DNA of 64,000 nt from Gemmatimonadota bacterium (GTDB taxonomy: Bacteria > Gemmatimonadota > Gemmatimonadetes > Longimicrobiales > Gaopeijiaceae). The notes under the pieces were generated by a model. The model searched no databases. It was not told the origin of the DNA and saw only the letters and a list, made by a program, of their open reading frames with translations. The position numbers and the translations under genes were made by a program. This document shows positions 25,961 to 34,908 of this stretch, one piece after another. Location: contig JBDHIJ010000024.1 of assembly GCA_039587435.1 (NCBI GenBank), forward strand, positions 3,166 through 67,165, read 5' to 3'. Positions within the stretch are counted from its first letter, which is position 1; each line of letters starts with the position of its first letter.

Positions 25961-27058
25961 GTGACGGTCCGCGCCGCGGTGATGACAGCCCCAGGGGCCC
26001 CGGTCGAAGTCCGGGACCTCCCCGATCCGGACCTCGAGCAGGGCAGCGTGCTGCTTGCAACGGTGGCCTCCGAGGTGTGCGGCACCGACGTCCACCTCCA
26101 CCACGGGCGGCTGGCCGGCGTACCGTACCCCATCGTCCCGGGCCACGTGAGCGTCGGGCGCGTGGCGGAGTCCCGGGGCGTCACCGAGGACGCGCTGGGC
26201 AACCCTCTCCGTGAGGGCGACCTGGTCACCTTCCTCGACGTCCACGAGACCTGCTGGCAGTGCTACCACTGCCTGGTGGCCCGCCAGCCGAACCGGTGCG
26301 TGCACCGGAAGGTCTACGGGATCACCTACTCCGCCGACGAGGGTCCCCTGGGCGGCTGGTCTGAGGCCATCCACCTCAAGCCCGGGGTCCGGATCCTCCG
26401 AGTGCCCGAGGGTCTGTCCGCCGACCAGGTCATCGGAGGTGGCTGCGGTCTCTTCACCGGGTTCGCCGGAGTGGACCGGTCGGACCTCCAGATGGGGGAC
26501 ACCGTGCTGGTGCAGGGGGCGGGGCCGGTGGGACTGTCCGCGGCCGCCTTCGCCGCGCTCCGCGGGGCGGGCCAGGTCCTGATGATCGGGGACCCCGAGG
26601 CCCGTCTGGAACTGGGTCGGGCCCTGGGGTGTGACGAGGTGTACTCGCTGGCCGCGACGAATCCGGAGGATCGCAGGGCCGACGTCATGGAACGAACCCG
26701 CGGGCGTGGCGTCGACGTGATCATCGAGGCCAGCGGGAACCCGGCGGCCCTTCTGGAGGCGTTCGAACTCCTCCGGGACGGCGGCACCTACGTGGTCGTG
26801 GGGCACTACACCGACGCCGGTGAGGTCCCGGTGAATCCCCACGTCGACATCAACCGCAAGCACATCGATCTCCGGGGGCAGTGGGGGACGGATTTCCATC
26901 ACGTGGCCCGCGGCCTCCAGATGCTGGGGCGCCACGCCGATCGTCTCCCCTTCGATCGGGTGATCGGTGGCCGGTATGGGCTGGCGGAGGCGAATCGGGC
27001 GCTGGCCGACGTGGAGGCCCTCCGGGTCACCAAGGCCATCATCGATCCCACTCTCTGA
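25961..27058 (+). CDS. Zinc-binding alcohol dehydrogenase (MDR) family protein
   Basis: EVCGTDVH, structural-zinc cysteines CWQCYHCLVARQPNRC, and NAD fold GAGPVG. Confidence 0.9.
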   Translation: MTVRAAVMTAPGAPVEVRDLPDPDLEQGSVLLATVASEVCGTDVHLHHGRLAGVPYPIVPGHVSVGRVAESRGVTEDALGNPLREGDLVTFLDVHETCWQCYHCLVARQPNRCVHRKVYGITYSADEGPLGGWSEAIHLKPGVRILRVPEGLSADQVIGGGCGLFTGFAGVDRSDLQMGDTVLVQGAGPVGLSAAAFAALRGAGQVLMIGDPEARLELGRALGCDEVYSLAATNPEDRRADVMERTRGRGVDVIIEASGNPAALLEAFELLRDGGTYVVVGHYTDAGEVPVNPHVDINRKHIDLRGQWGTDFHHVARGLQMLGRHADRLPFDRVIGGRYGLAEANRALADVEALRVTKAIIDPTL

Positions 27059-27179
27059 CGCCCGGCGGAGCCGCCGCGGTCACCGGTTCACGATCCGGCC
27101 CCTCGCCTGGCCGCTTGCCCGTTCGCTCCGGGCGGAGCCACACTCCCGGGAGTCCTGAACCCATCCCGGAGTGATCCGC

Positions 27180-27656
27180 ATGTCATCCTGCCGCGTCGCC
27201 GCCCTCGGGCTGACCGTCCTTTCCGCCATCGCTCTCATGGCTCCGGCCCAGGGCCAAGCCCAGGTCGAGGTGGAGCACCTGCAGTCCGAGACCAGCCGGT
27301 CCATGGGCTTCCCGTTCTCCGACGCCGTGCGGGTGGGCCCGATGCTCTATCTCTCCGGCCAGATCGGGAACGTTCCCGGTGAAGCGGCGGTGGTGCCCGG
27401 CGGCATCGAGGCCGAGGGTCGGCAGACCATGCGGAACATCCAGGCGATCCTCGAGGCCCACGGCTCATCGCTGGCCGAGGTGGTGAAGTGCACGGTCATG
27501 CTGGTCGACATCGCCGAGTGGCCGACCTTCAACGAGGTCTACCGCGAGTTCTTCAGCGAGCCGTACCCCGCGCGGAGCGCGTTCGCGGGATCGGGACTGG
27601 CCCTGGGCGCGCGGGTCGAGGTGGAGTGCTGGGCCACGGTGGGGCCCCGGAGCTGA
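27180..27656 (+). CDS. RidA/YjgF family protein with N-terminal signal peptide
   Basis: ATG at 27180, 9 nt after GGAG. Signal MSSCRVAALGLTVLSAIALMAPAQGQAQ, then the RidA core (LYLSGQIG, VKCTVML, PARSAF, EVECWA). Confidence 0.9.
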   Translation: MSSCRVAALGLTVLSAIALMAPAQGQAQVEVEHLQSETSRSMGFPFSDAVRVGPMLYLSGQIGNVPGEAAVVPGGIEAEGRQTMRNIQAILEAHGSSLAEVVKCTVMLVDIAEWPTFNEVYREFFSEPYPARSAFAGSGLALGARVEVECWATVGPRS

Positions 27657-27662
27657 CCGGCG

Positions 27663-28304
27663 TCAGCCGCGGCCGAGCTCGGTGCGGAGGCGCGCCACCA
27701 GCATCTCTATGGCCACCCGGTTGTGGCCGCCCTCGGGGAGGATGACGTCGGCGTAGCGCTTGGACGGCTCCACGAACTCCAGGTGCATGGGCCGCACCGT
27801 CCTGAGATACTGCTCCACCACGGATCGGAAGGTCCGCCCGCGTTCGTCCACATCTCGCTCCAGGCGGCGGATGAACCGGATGTCCGAGTCCGTATCGACG
27901 AAGACCCGGATGTCCATGAGCGCTCGGAGCTCCGGCTCCGCCAGGACCAGGATGCCGTCCACGATCAGGACCGGCGTCGGTCGGATGGTCTCCGTTTCGG
28001 GTCGGCGGGTGTGCGTCGCGAAGTCGTAGAGGGGGGCGTCCACCGGGACGCCCCTCAGGAGCGCCTCCACGTGCTGGACCATCAGTGAGGTCTCCAGGGA
28101 CTCCGGGTGGTCGAAGTTGACCCGGGCCCGCTCCGCCTCGCTCAGGCTGGAGAAATCGCGGTAGTAGGCGTCGTGGTGGAGGACCGTGACCAGGCCGTCG
28201 GGCAGGCCCCGGCAGATCTCCCGGACCACGGTGGATTTCCCCCCTCCGCTTCCGCCCGCCACGCCCACCAGGATGGGTCTATCGGCCGGGACGGTGGAGG
28301 TCAC
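27663..28304 (-). CDS. udk: Uridine kinase
   Basis: P-loop GGSGGGKST, NFDHPES, and the VDGILV...DTDSDIRFIRRLERD pattern. Confidence 0.95.
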   Translation of the reverse strand: MTSTVPADRPILVGVAGGSGGGKSTVVREICRGLPDGLVTVLHHDAYYRDFSSLSEAERARVNFDHPESLETSLMVQHVEALLRGVPVDAPLYDFATHTRRPETETIRPTPVLIVDGILVLAEPELRALMDIRVFVDTDSDIRFIRRLERDVDERGRTFRSVVEQYLRTVRPMHLEFVEPSKRYADVILPEGGHNRVAIEMLVARLRTELGRG

Positions 28305-28307
28305 GCC

Positions 28308-29006
28308 TCAGTTCTCCGCCTCGGGCGCGACGAAGATGGTCTCGGCCAGCGCGAACCCGAGCACGATCCGTTCCCCGATCGGCTGGCCCTGGTCCCCCCG
28401 CAGCCGCACGGTGATGGGGCCTTCGAAGGGAGCCCGATCGACCACGCGGATGGTCCGGCCCGGGCCGATTCCCTGCTCGTCGAGATACCGGAGACGGGCC
28501 GGATCGTCGTCGCCGACCGACCGGACCGTGAAGCTCCCCTCGCCGGCCTCGGCCAGTGTGGGATACCGGGTCTGGTCGATCTCGCCGGCTGCGGTGGGGA
28601 TGGGCGACCCGTGGGGGTCGTAGGAGGGGTCCTCGAGCGCCTGGGCCATGCGCTCGATCAACTCGTCCGAGGCGGCGTGCTCGAGGCGCTCGGCCTCGTC
28701 ATGGACATCGTCCCAACTGTACCCCAGGCGGGTGCACAGATAGGTCTCGAGAATCCGATGGCGACGGATGATCCGGAGCGCCTCCCGCGAACCCTCCTCG
28801 GTCAGGGCCACCCCCTTGTACGGGGTGTGGGTCAGGAAACCGGCCTCGGCAAGGCGCTTCACCATCCCGGTGACCGACGCGGGCTGGACGTCCAGGGCCT
28901 CTGCGATGGCGGAGGTGGACGCGTTGCCGCTGGCCTCGGCCAGGGTCCAGATGGCCTTGAGGTAGTCCTCGACGGAGACGGTCAGGCTGGGGCGAGAATC
29001 GGACAT
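28308..29006 (-). CDS. DtxR/MntR/IdeR family metal-dependent transcriptional regulator with C-terminal SH3-like (FeoA) domain
   Basis: VEDYLKAIW, the HTH, RRHRILETYL, EAERLEH, and a C-terminal FeoA-like domain. Confidence 0.93.
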   Translation of the reverse strand: MSDSRPSLTVSVEDYLKAIWTLAEASGNASTSAIAEALDVQPASVTGMVKRLAEAGFLTHTPYKGVALTEEGSREALRIIRRHRILETYLCTRLGYSWDDVHDEAERLEHAASDELIERMAQALEDPSYDPHGSPIPTAAGEIDQTRYPTLAEAGEGSFTVRSVGDDDPARLRYLDEQGIGPGRTIRVVDRAPFEGPITVRLRGDQGQPIGERIVLGFALAETIFVAPEAEN

Positions 29007-29058
29007 GGGTCAAAGGTACCCAGGGGGCATCGGAGGGTCGAGGTCGCTCGGGGACGCC

Positions 29059-30297
29059 TCAGCCTGCGGCCTCCTGGCGGGCCTCCCATTCTTCCAGTGC
29101 CAGGGCGCTCGCCTTGGGGTAGAGGAGGAGCAGCAGCAGGAGCAGAATGCCAAGGCCGCCCATGCGGCCGGTGAACTGGAGCAGTGCCGCCCGGGGGTGC
29201 ACCTCGCTGAGGACCAGCGCGCTTCCGTCCTCTCGCTCGCGGGCAGACAGGAGGACGTCGTCTCCCGGGACGGACACCCTCCCCCAGATCGTGCCCCGGA
29301 ACTCTCCGGGTATCTCGGCCGGAAGGCGGGAGAGGACCAGCCCCGGGGGCAGAGAGGAGCTCTCCACCTGACCGGAGCGCAGGATCGTAGCGTCCGCCCC
29401 GGTGACTCGCGCCAGGTCCTCGGCGGACAGGTCGGGACCCATCCGCGCCGCGACCGCCAGTTCCCGCGCGAGGAAGTCGGTGGTGTACCCCTCCAGGTCG
29501 GATCGGAAGTGGACGACCACCAGCACCACGAACGCCATGGACAGCAGGAGCGGGATGGAGGTGACGATGAACTCCGTCCGACCACCGTCCTCGTCCCTCC
29601 TGCGACTCCCCGGACTGACGGCAGCCATTCGAAGGAGGATCAGGCCGGCTGCCACGATCAGGGCCAGGGGCAGGGCGCCGGCCGCGAAGTGGTCGGCCCG
29701 GGGCGTGGACGGGTGGGCGAGCAGCGCCACGCTCCCCGTGGTTCCGCCGGCGCCGGTCCGGAGGGGGACCAGTGCGCCGAGCGCTCCGGGGACTTGGACG
29801 GATTGGTCGGGCAGAGGAGTCGCCATGGCCCGGACGGTGCGAGGGGCCAGCGAGTCCGGACCGAAGTCGATGTCCGAGCCGACCGCCCGGGCCCCCCTGA
29901 GGTAGATGGCGGACTCGTAACCGGCGTCTCTCTCGAGCGCCCAGACGACCGGCTGCCCCACCCCGATTCCGGCGGTTCCGATGGACCCTCGGGCCTTCCA
30001 GAGGTACACCCGGGCCTCCAGGTCCTCCTCGCCCTGTTCCAGGGTCAGGACGGTGTCCCCGGCCAGCGCGGCCTGCACGGCGGGGTTCGTCTCGTCCCAG
30101 CGGCTCACCGGGGAGGCCGCGGCCAGAAGACCCGGCGCCTGCAGCTCCATCTCTCTCTGGAGAAGGGCCAGCCCCGTCTCCGCCATGCGGGTGTCCTGTT
30201 CTAACCACAGGGCCTCGATCTCCACGCCGTGGAGGTAGGCTGCGGTCGTGATGGCCAGAACCACCGGCAGGACGACCAGGAGGGCGTAGAGCACCAC
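29059..30297 (-). CDS. Hypothetical membrane protein with two extracytoplasmic segments (sensor-like topology)
   Basis: The ORF 29059-30372 starts at a TTG that is part of the palindromic hexamer TTGCAA. I prefer the GTG at 30295-30297, preceded by GGGAGGGAG, which gives VVLYALLVVLPVVLAI. There are mid-protein TM helices and a C-terminal TM (GILLLLLLLLY). No catalytic domain recognised. Confidence 0.6.
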   Translation of the reverse strand: MVLYALLVVLPVVLAITTAAYLHGVEIEALWLEQDTRMAETGLALLQREMELQAPGLLAAASPVSRWDETNPAVQAALAGDTVLTLEQGEEDLEARVYLWKARGSIGTAGIGVGQPVVWALERDAGYESAIYLRGARAVGSDIDFGPDSLAPRTVRAMATPLPDQSVQVPGALGALVPLRTGAGGTTGSVALLAHPSTPRADHFAAGALPLALIVAAGLILLRMAAVSPGSRRRDEDGGRTEFIVTSIPLLLSMAFVVLVVVHFRSDLEGYTTDFLARELAVAARMGPDLSAEDLARVTGADATILRSGQVESSSLPPGLVLSRLPAEIPGEFRGTIWGRVSVPGDDVLLSAREREDGSALVLSEVHPRAALLQFTGRMGGLGILLLLLLLLYPKASALALEEWEARQEAAG

Positions 30298-30366
30298 GGT
30301 CTCCCTCCCCTCGAGGGGAAAGGCGCGCCCACGAGCGATCCTCGAGTCGCCGGATGGAACAGACGT

Positions 30367-30395
30367 TTGCAAAGGCTAAATCCCTTTGGTAGATT
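30367..30395 (+). promoter_or_regulatory. Near-consensus sigma-70-type promoter candidate
   Basis: TTGCAA (30367-30372), a 17-bp spacer, then TAGATT (30390-30395), in a locally AT-rich patch. It points toward the small ORF at 30446. Confidence 0.4.
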
Positions 30396-30445
30396 CAGTT
30401 CCCGCTTTTTCAGCCCGTTGGACCCCGCCTCACCAGGGGGAGGCC

Positions 30446-30640
30446 TTGGAAGACACTGTCGCTATCGACGCCAAGCGGATTCTGCTCCGCTACGGCGCGC
30501 CGATCACGGTCCTGGACCAGGTGTCCGATTCGGACCGCATCAAGTTCGCCCGTTCCGTTGCCCGTACCCCGCTGCCCGAGCGCGAGAAGGCCCTCCGCGG
30601 CATGCTGGTGGACTCCGGTTACCTGGAGGAGCCGCAGTAA
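30446..30640 (+). CDS. Small hypothetical protein (64 aa), start uncertain
   Basis: TTG at 30446 is in frame with ORF 30386-30640 and just after GGGGGAGG. GC3-rich frame (LEDTVAIDAKRILLRYGAPITVLDQVSDSDRIKFARSVARTPLPEREKALRGMLVDSGYLEEPQ). No family recognised. The RBS spacing is short. Confidence 0.4.
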   Translation: MEDTVAIDAKRILLRYGAPITVLDQVSDSDRIKFARSVARTPLPEREKALRGMLVDSGYLEEPQ

Positions 30641-30676
30641 GGCTTCTGCGACCGGCCCCCCGGGCCGTCGCCGGGT

Positions 30677-32278
30677 TCAGGACCCGCCACCCTCCCTTCC
30701 GATGATTCGGATCTCCCTGGGACCATCCAGGGGGAACTGAAGTCGTACGGCCCAGGTCCGTCCTTCCGAATCCTCGGGTTCCAGTTCCACCTCCGCCTCC
30801 TGCCCGTCCACTGTGACGGCCAGCGGGGCGAACGTCACCCTTCCGTTCAGGACGACCGACGGCGGAAGCCCTCCCGCCACCGGAGTCACCCGCAACGTAC
30901 GCTCGCGGGCCTCGGCGTGGAATGAGACATCCGCCCGAACCGGCCCCAGCGGAACCCCGCGGACCTCCACGTCGTGCCATCCGGCGGGCCAGCGGGGCGA
31001 GAGATGCAGGCGCCCGTACTGCGCGTCGCCCCGCGCTCCCAGGACCCCAAACAGCACCGCGCAGGGGATGAGCGCCAGCCCCTCGGGCTCGGTGACGTCG
31101 GCCCTCTGGTGGTCGTAGGCCTCCCGCAGAAGGAGCGCGCCCCGGTCGGCGTCCCCGCGCAGAAACGCCCACCAGGCCCGGAGCGCGGGGTGCGCCTCGG
31201 GGGGCGGCGCGGACGGCGGATCCGGGAGCTCGACCAGGGGTGGGGTGGCGGCCCGTAGGGCGAGCCAAGTGGCCGCATCGAGATCTCCGGACGCCGACGG
31301 GTGCGAGGTCGCCCCGGCGGCCAGGAGCCGCAATCGACCGGCCTCCGCTGAGCGACCCTCCCCCTCCAGGCCTGCCGCTGCACCCATGAGAAGTGGGGCG
31401 CCCATCGGGCCGAGACCGAGCACGCTCGCCGGGCTCAGACGCTCGGCGCCGGCCGTGTGGGTCTCCTCGGCCCAGCATCCCCCGGCGGAGAGAGCCAGGA
31501 GCGCGAGTGCGGGATCGCTCTCCCCGGTGGGTCGGGCCGGTGCCAGGCCCAGGGCGGTTCGCGCCAGCACGCCGAGCGTCGAACTCCCGGGCACGCAGGC
31601 CGACCAGCCGGCGATCCCGTCGGCCCACCCCGCCGGATGGGCGAGGCGCAGCCCGTCGGCCTCGAGCGCGAGAGCGTCGGCGAGGACCCGGTGCGCCTTC
31701 AGACCCACCCCCCGGGAACCGGATGGGGTGTCCTCGTCCGACGCGGTCAGTGTGATGGAGGCGTGGTCCACGTCCGCCTCCCACTCGATCGACACCCCGG
31801 ATCCGCCGTTCGCCCCGTTCAATTCCACGCGGGCCGGCGCGGGCGCCGGGTGAAGGGCTTCCGGTGCCACGCCGGACAGTGATATCGCCAGGGGATTCGG
31901 GGCGCGTCGGCTCCCGCTCGACGGAGCCGCCGCGGTCGACGGAGCCGCGCGGTCCGACGGGTCTCGTTCCCAGACCAGCGTGACCACCCACGGCTCCGGG
32001 GAGATGAGCAGGGTCGAACGCCAGCCGGCTCCGGCCCGATCCACGCGTCCGGGCAGCAGGCTCACGGTCCCCCCCTCAAGGGGATCCCTCAGGGACGAGG
32101 CTACGGCCCGGCCCCCTATCCGAATGGCCCGAATTCCCATTCCCACGCCCAGGATCTCGGCTTCACCCAGTCTCAGGATCCAGTCTTCGTCCGCCGCAGG
32201 CGTCCGAGAGAGCGCGCTGGCCGCGTCGTCCAGTTCCATGGGCCGGACCGGCTGCGCAGCGAACGGGGATGGTGGCAT
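30677..32278 (-). CDS. Hypothetical protein (533 aa), possibly a degenerate (alpha/alpha)6-barrel glycosidase-like protein
   Basis: Long GC3-rich ORF. The C-terminal segment (LGARGDAQYGRLHLSPRWPAGWHDVEVRGVPLG) resembles the C-terminal beta-sandwich junction of amylo-glucosidase/GDE-like proteins. Weak call, made by eye. Confidence 0.6.
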   Translation of the reverse strand: MPPSPFAAQPVRPMELDDAASALSRTPAADEDWILRLGEAEILGVGMGIRAIRIGGRAVASSLRDPLEGGTVSLLPGRVDRAGAGWRSTLLISPEPWVVTLVWERDPSDRAAPSTAAAPSSGSRRAPNPLAISLSGVAPEALHPAPAPARVELNGANGGSGVSIEWEADVDHASITLTASDEDTPSGSRGVGLKAHRVLADALALEADGLRLAHPAGWADGIAGWSACVPGSSTLGVLARTALGLAPARPTGESDPALALLALSAGGCWAEETHTAGAERLSPASVLGLGPMGAPLLMGAAAGLEGEGRSAEAGRLRLLAAGATSHPSASGDLDAATWLALRAATPPLVELPDPPSAPPPEAHPALRAWWAFLRGDADRGALLLREAYDHQRADVTEPEGLALIPCAVLFGVLGARGDAQYGRLHLSPRWPAGWHDVEVRGVPLGPVRADVSFHAEARERTLRVTPVAGGLPPSVVLNGRVTFAPLAVTVDGQEAEVELEPEDSEGRTWAVRLQFPLDGPREIRIIGREGGGS

Positions 32279-32477
32279 GCGATGGGGAGGGGCAGGGGTT
32301 CGATGGGGGCGACTGGCCGTCGCCGCAGGGGCACGTTCGATTGTGTCGGACGGAGGCGGGGGTCGGCAACCGCCCGAAGCCGCGGCGGGAACCCGGGGAG
32401 GGGCTCGGGGATTCGCAAGTTCGAAGCGTCTTCAACCGCCCTCGATCCAGATCCGTTCTCGCAGGGGGAATCCCGCA

Positions 32478-33662
32478 GTGTCTCGATCCGCAGCCGCCCA
32501 CCGACTCCCGGCCCGCCCGGGCCCCGATGGCCGTCGGGGGATTGCAGTCCCGCTCAGCCGGCGGCCTCGGAACGCACTTGGCCCGGCGGCCCTTTCCCTG
32601 GCCGTTCTCCTGAGCGCCTGCGGAGAATCCGGCGACGGATCCGTGAACATCCCCCAGGCGGAGGCGAAGGACTGCAGCATCCCGACCTCTCTGATCGGGG
32701 ATCCGGGCATCGGGCGGGACGCCATTCCGGCCATCGTGGGTCCCCGTTGGGTGGTGCTCGACCGCCCCGGCGTTCCCGGCTACCTGCTGGACACGGACCG
32801 GGTGCTGGGCATGATCATCGACGGGCAGCCCTACGCCATGCCGCTGAACGTCTTCTGGTGGCACGAGATCATCAACATGGACATCGGTGGGCGACAGCTG
32901 CTGGCGACCTACTGCCCGCTCACCGGTTCCAGCATGATCTTCGAGCGGGATCCGGTGGAGGGCGTCGACTTCGGCGTCACCGGCCTGCTGTACCAGAGCA
33001 ACCTCATCATGTTCGACCGTCGAGGTGGGGAGTCGTTCTGGCCCCAGATGATGGGGCAGGCCCGCTGCGGACCCAACGACGGCATGGTGCTCCCTCGGGT
33101 GGCCGGACTGGACGTGACGTGGAGCAAGTGGAGGGCGATGTATCCGCACACCCTCGTTCTGGACGGCGACCAGGGGCACGACCGCGACTACACCTCCTAT
33201 CCGTACGGGAACTACGAGTCGCTCTCCAATGAGAGCTACTGGTATCCGGTCTCACGGGTGGACCGCCGCCGGCCCCAGCGCGAACGAGTCCTGGGGATCC
33301 CCGGTGAGGGGTCGGAGGCCCAGGCCTTCCCGTTCATCGACCTCGCGCTGGATGGACCGGTAGCAGCCGTTCACACCACCCACAGGGGACGTCCCGTGGT
33401 CGTGCTCTGGGAGTGGGACGCCGAGGGCGCCGGCGCCTACTACACGGACGTCGGAGGCGAGCCCCTCGAGTTCGCCGCGACGGAGACGGGCATCCGGGAC
33501 CTGGCCACCGGGACCCGCTGGACCGTGGACGGTCTGGCGGTCAGCGGAGGCTCCATGGTCGGCACCCGACTCGAGCCGGTGACCGAGGCCTACACGGCGT
33601 TCTGGGGAAGCTGGGCCCAGTTCTTCCCCGACACCCGGCTCTGGCTGGCGCCCGAGGAGTAG
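32478..33662 (+). CDS. DUF3179 domain-containing lipoprotein
   Basis: GTG at 32478, preceded by AGGGGGAA, gives ...ALSLAVLLSACG. DUF3179 hallmarks are present: DAIPAI, ATYCPLTGS, FGVTGLLYQSNLIMFD, SFWPQMMGQA. The upstream part of ORF 31980-33662 is antisense to 30677-32278. Confidence 0.8.
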   Translation: MSRSAAAHRLPARPGPDGRRGIAVPLSRRPRNALGPAALSLAVLLSACGESGDGSVNIPQAEAKDCSIPTSLIGDPGIGRDAIPAIVGPRWVVLDRPGVPGYLLDTDRVLGMIIDGQPYAMPLNVFWWHEIINMDIGGRQLLATYCPLTGSSMIFERDPVEGVDFGVTGLLYQSNLIMFDRRGGESFWPQMMGQARCGPNDGMVLPRVAGLDVTWSKWRAMYPHTLVLDGDQGHDRDYTSYPYGNYESLSNESYWYPVSRVDRRRPQRERVLGIPGEGSEAQAFPFIDLALDGPVAAVHTTHRGRPVVVLWEWDAEGAGAYYTDVGGEPLEFAATETGIRDLATGTRWTVDGLAVSGGSMVGTRLEPVTEAYTAFWGSWAQFFPDTRLWLAPEE

Positions 33663-33758
33663 GCCCGCCCCCTGGGCACTCCGAACCGCGCGCTCAGTGA
33701 GGGTCCTTCGGGTCCCGGATGCGGTTGACCTGCGATGCGGGTCTGCCACTTTTGTCGA

Positions 33759-34763
33759 ATGCCCAACGTCACACTTCACCTGCTGCTGGCCGACGCGGTT
33801 CTGGATGAGTGGGAGGAGCGCGGATCGTCCGCCCCCTTCGACCTCCACGATCCGGTAGCGCTGAACGCCTTCTATCACGGAGCGTTCGGGCCGGACCTGG
33901 GCTACTTCCCCGGCGGCCATCCCTTTCTTTCGGACCTCGCCCACACGGTCAGGACCGGTGAACTCATGCGGAACCTGGTGGGTCTGGCGTCCACCGACCG
34001 CGAACGGGCGTTCGCGTGGGGGTGGGTGACCCACGTCCTGGGCGACGTGGCCATCCATCCGCTGGTGGGGCTGGGGGTGGGCGAGCTGGTTCACGAGGAC
34101 GCGGGCCGGTTCGTCTCGGCCGCCTCCGACAAGACCTCCCATGTGCGCGTCGAGGTGGGCCTGGACGCCCATTACTCGGCGCTGAATCCGCACCTGAAGC
34201 GTCGCATCCTCGGCCCGGCCTTCGATCAGCGGTCGGTGGCCTACCTGGCGTCGGCGTACCGCGAGACCTACGGGTTCGAGGTCGATCCCCAGTTGGCCCT
34301 CGCAACCCACCTGTCCACGCTCCGGATGTCTCTCCAGGCGCTGACCTCCATCGGGGTGATGGGGCAGCTGCTCTCTATCCAGGGGTCGACGGGTTCGCCG
34401 GTGTCGGCCGTCGGGAGTGCCCGTTGGCTTCTCCATCGGGCGCTCAGCGTGGTCCACTACGGATTCCAGATCGAGTCGATGCTGCTCGCCTACCTGAATC
34501 CGGTTCGGGCCAGCCGCTGGCTCGTGGACCGGGTGGACGAGGTGATCCAGGGCTTCCCCCGGGCGTTCTTCGAGCTCTTCGAAGGAGGGCTGGAACGCTA
34601 CCCCGACTACAACCTCGATACCGGCCGGGTGGAATCGGTCCCCGAGCACCCGGTGACACGGGCGTCGCTGGAAACGCTCAACCGCATCGGAAGCCCGCTC
34701 GCGGCACCGGCCTCGGCCCTCGATCCGGTCCGCTACCGGGGGCACCCCGCCCGCGTCGGCTAG
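33759..34763 (+). CDS. Zinc-dependent phospholipase C-like family protein
   Basis: MPNVTLHLLLADAV, HGAFGPDLGYF, DLAHT, and WGWVTHVLGDVAIHP give the His/Asp pattern of the Zn_dep_PLPC family. Confidence 0.75.
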   Translation: MPNVTLHLLLADAVLDEWEERGSSAPFDLHDPVALNAFYHGAFGPDLGYFPGGHPFLSDLAHTVRTGELMRNLVGLASTDRERAFAWGWVTHVLGDVAIHPLVGLGVGELVHEDAGRFVSAASDKTSHVRVEVGLDAHYSALNPHLKRRILGPAFDQRSVAYLASAYRETYGFEVDPQLALATHLSTLRMSLQALTSIGVMGQLLSIQGSTGSPVSAVGSARWLLHRALSVVHYGFQIESMLLAYLNPVRASRWLVDRVDEVIQGFPRAFFELFEGGLERYPDYNLDTGRVESVPEHPVTRASLETLNRIGSPLAAPASALDPVRYRGHPARVG

Positions 34764-34908
34764 GAGGCGTCTTGCCGGGATCCTCCGGCATGCCTCTATT
34801 GCCTCCCCGTCCCGCACAACTGATTCCGTCTTCCCGGTCGGCCCCAGATGGGGCCGGGCGCTGTAGCGTTTTCGGGGAGCCCGAGGGGTAGAGGCCCCGG
34901 AGGTCTTC

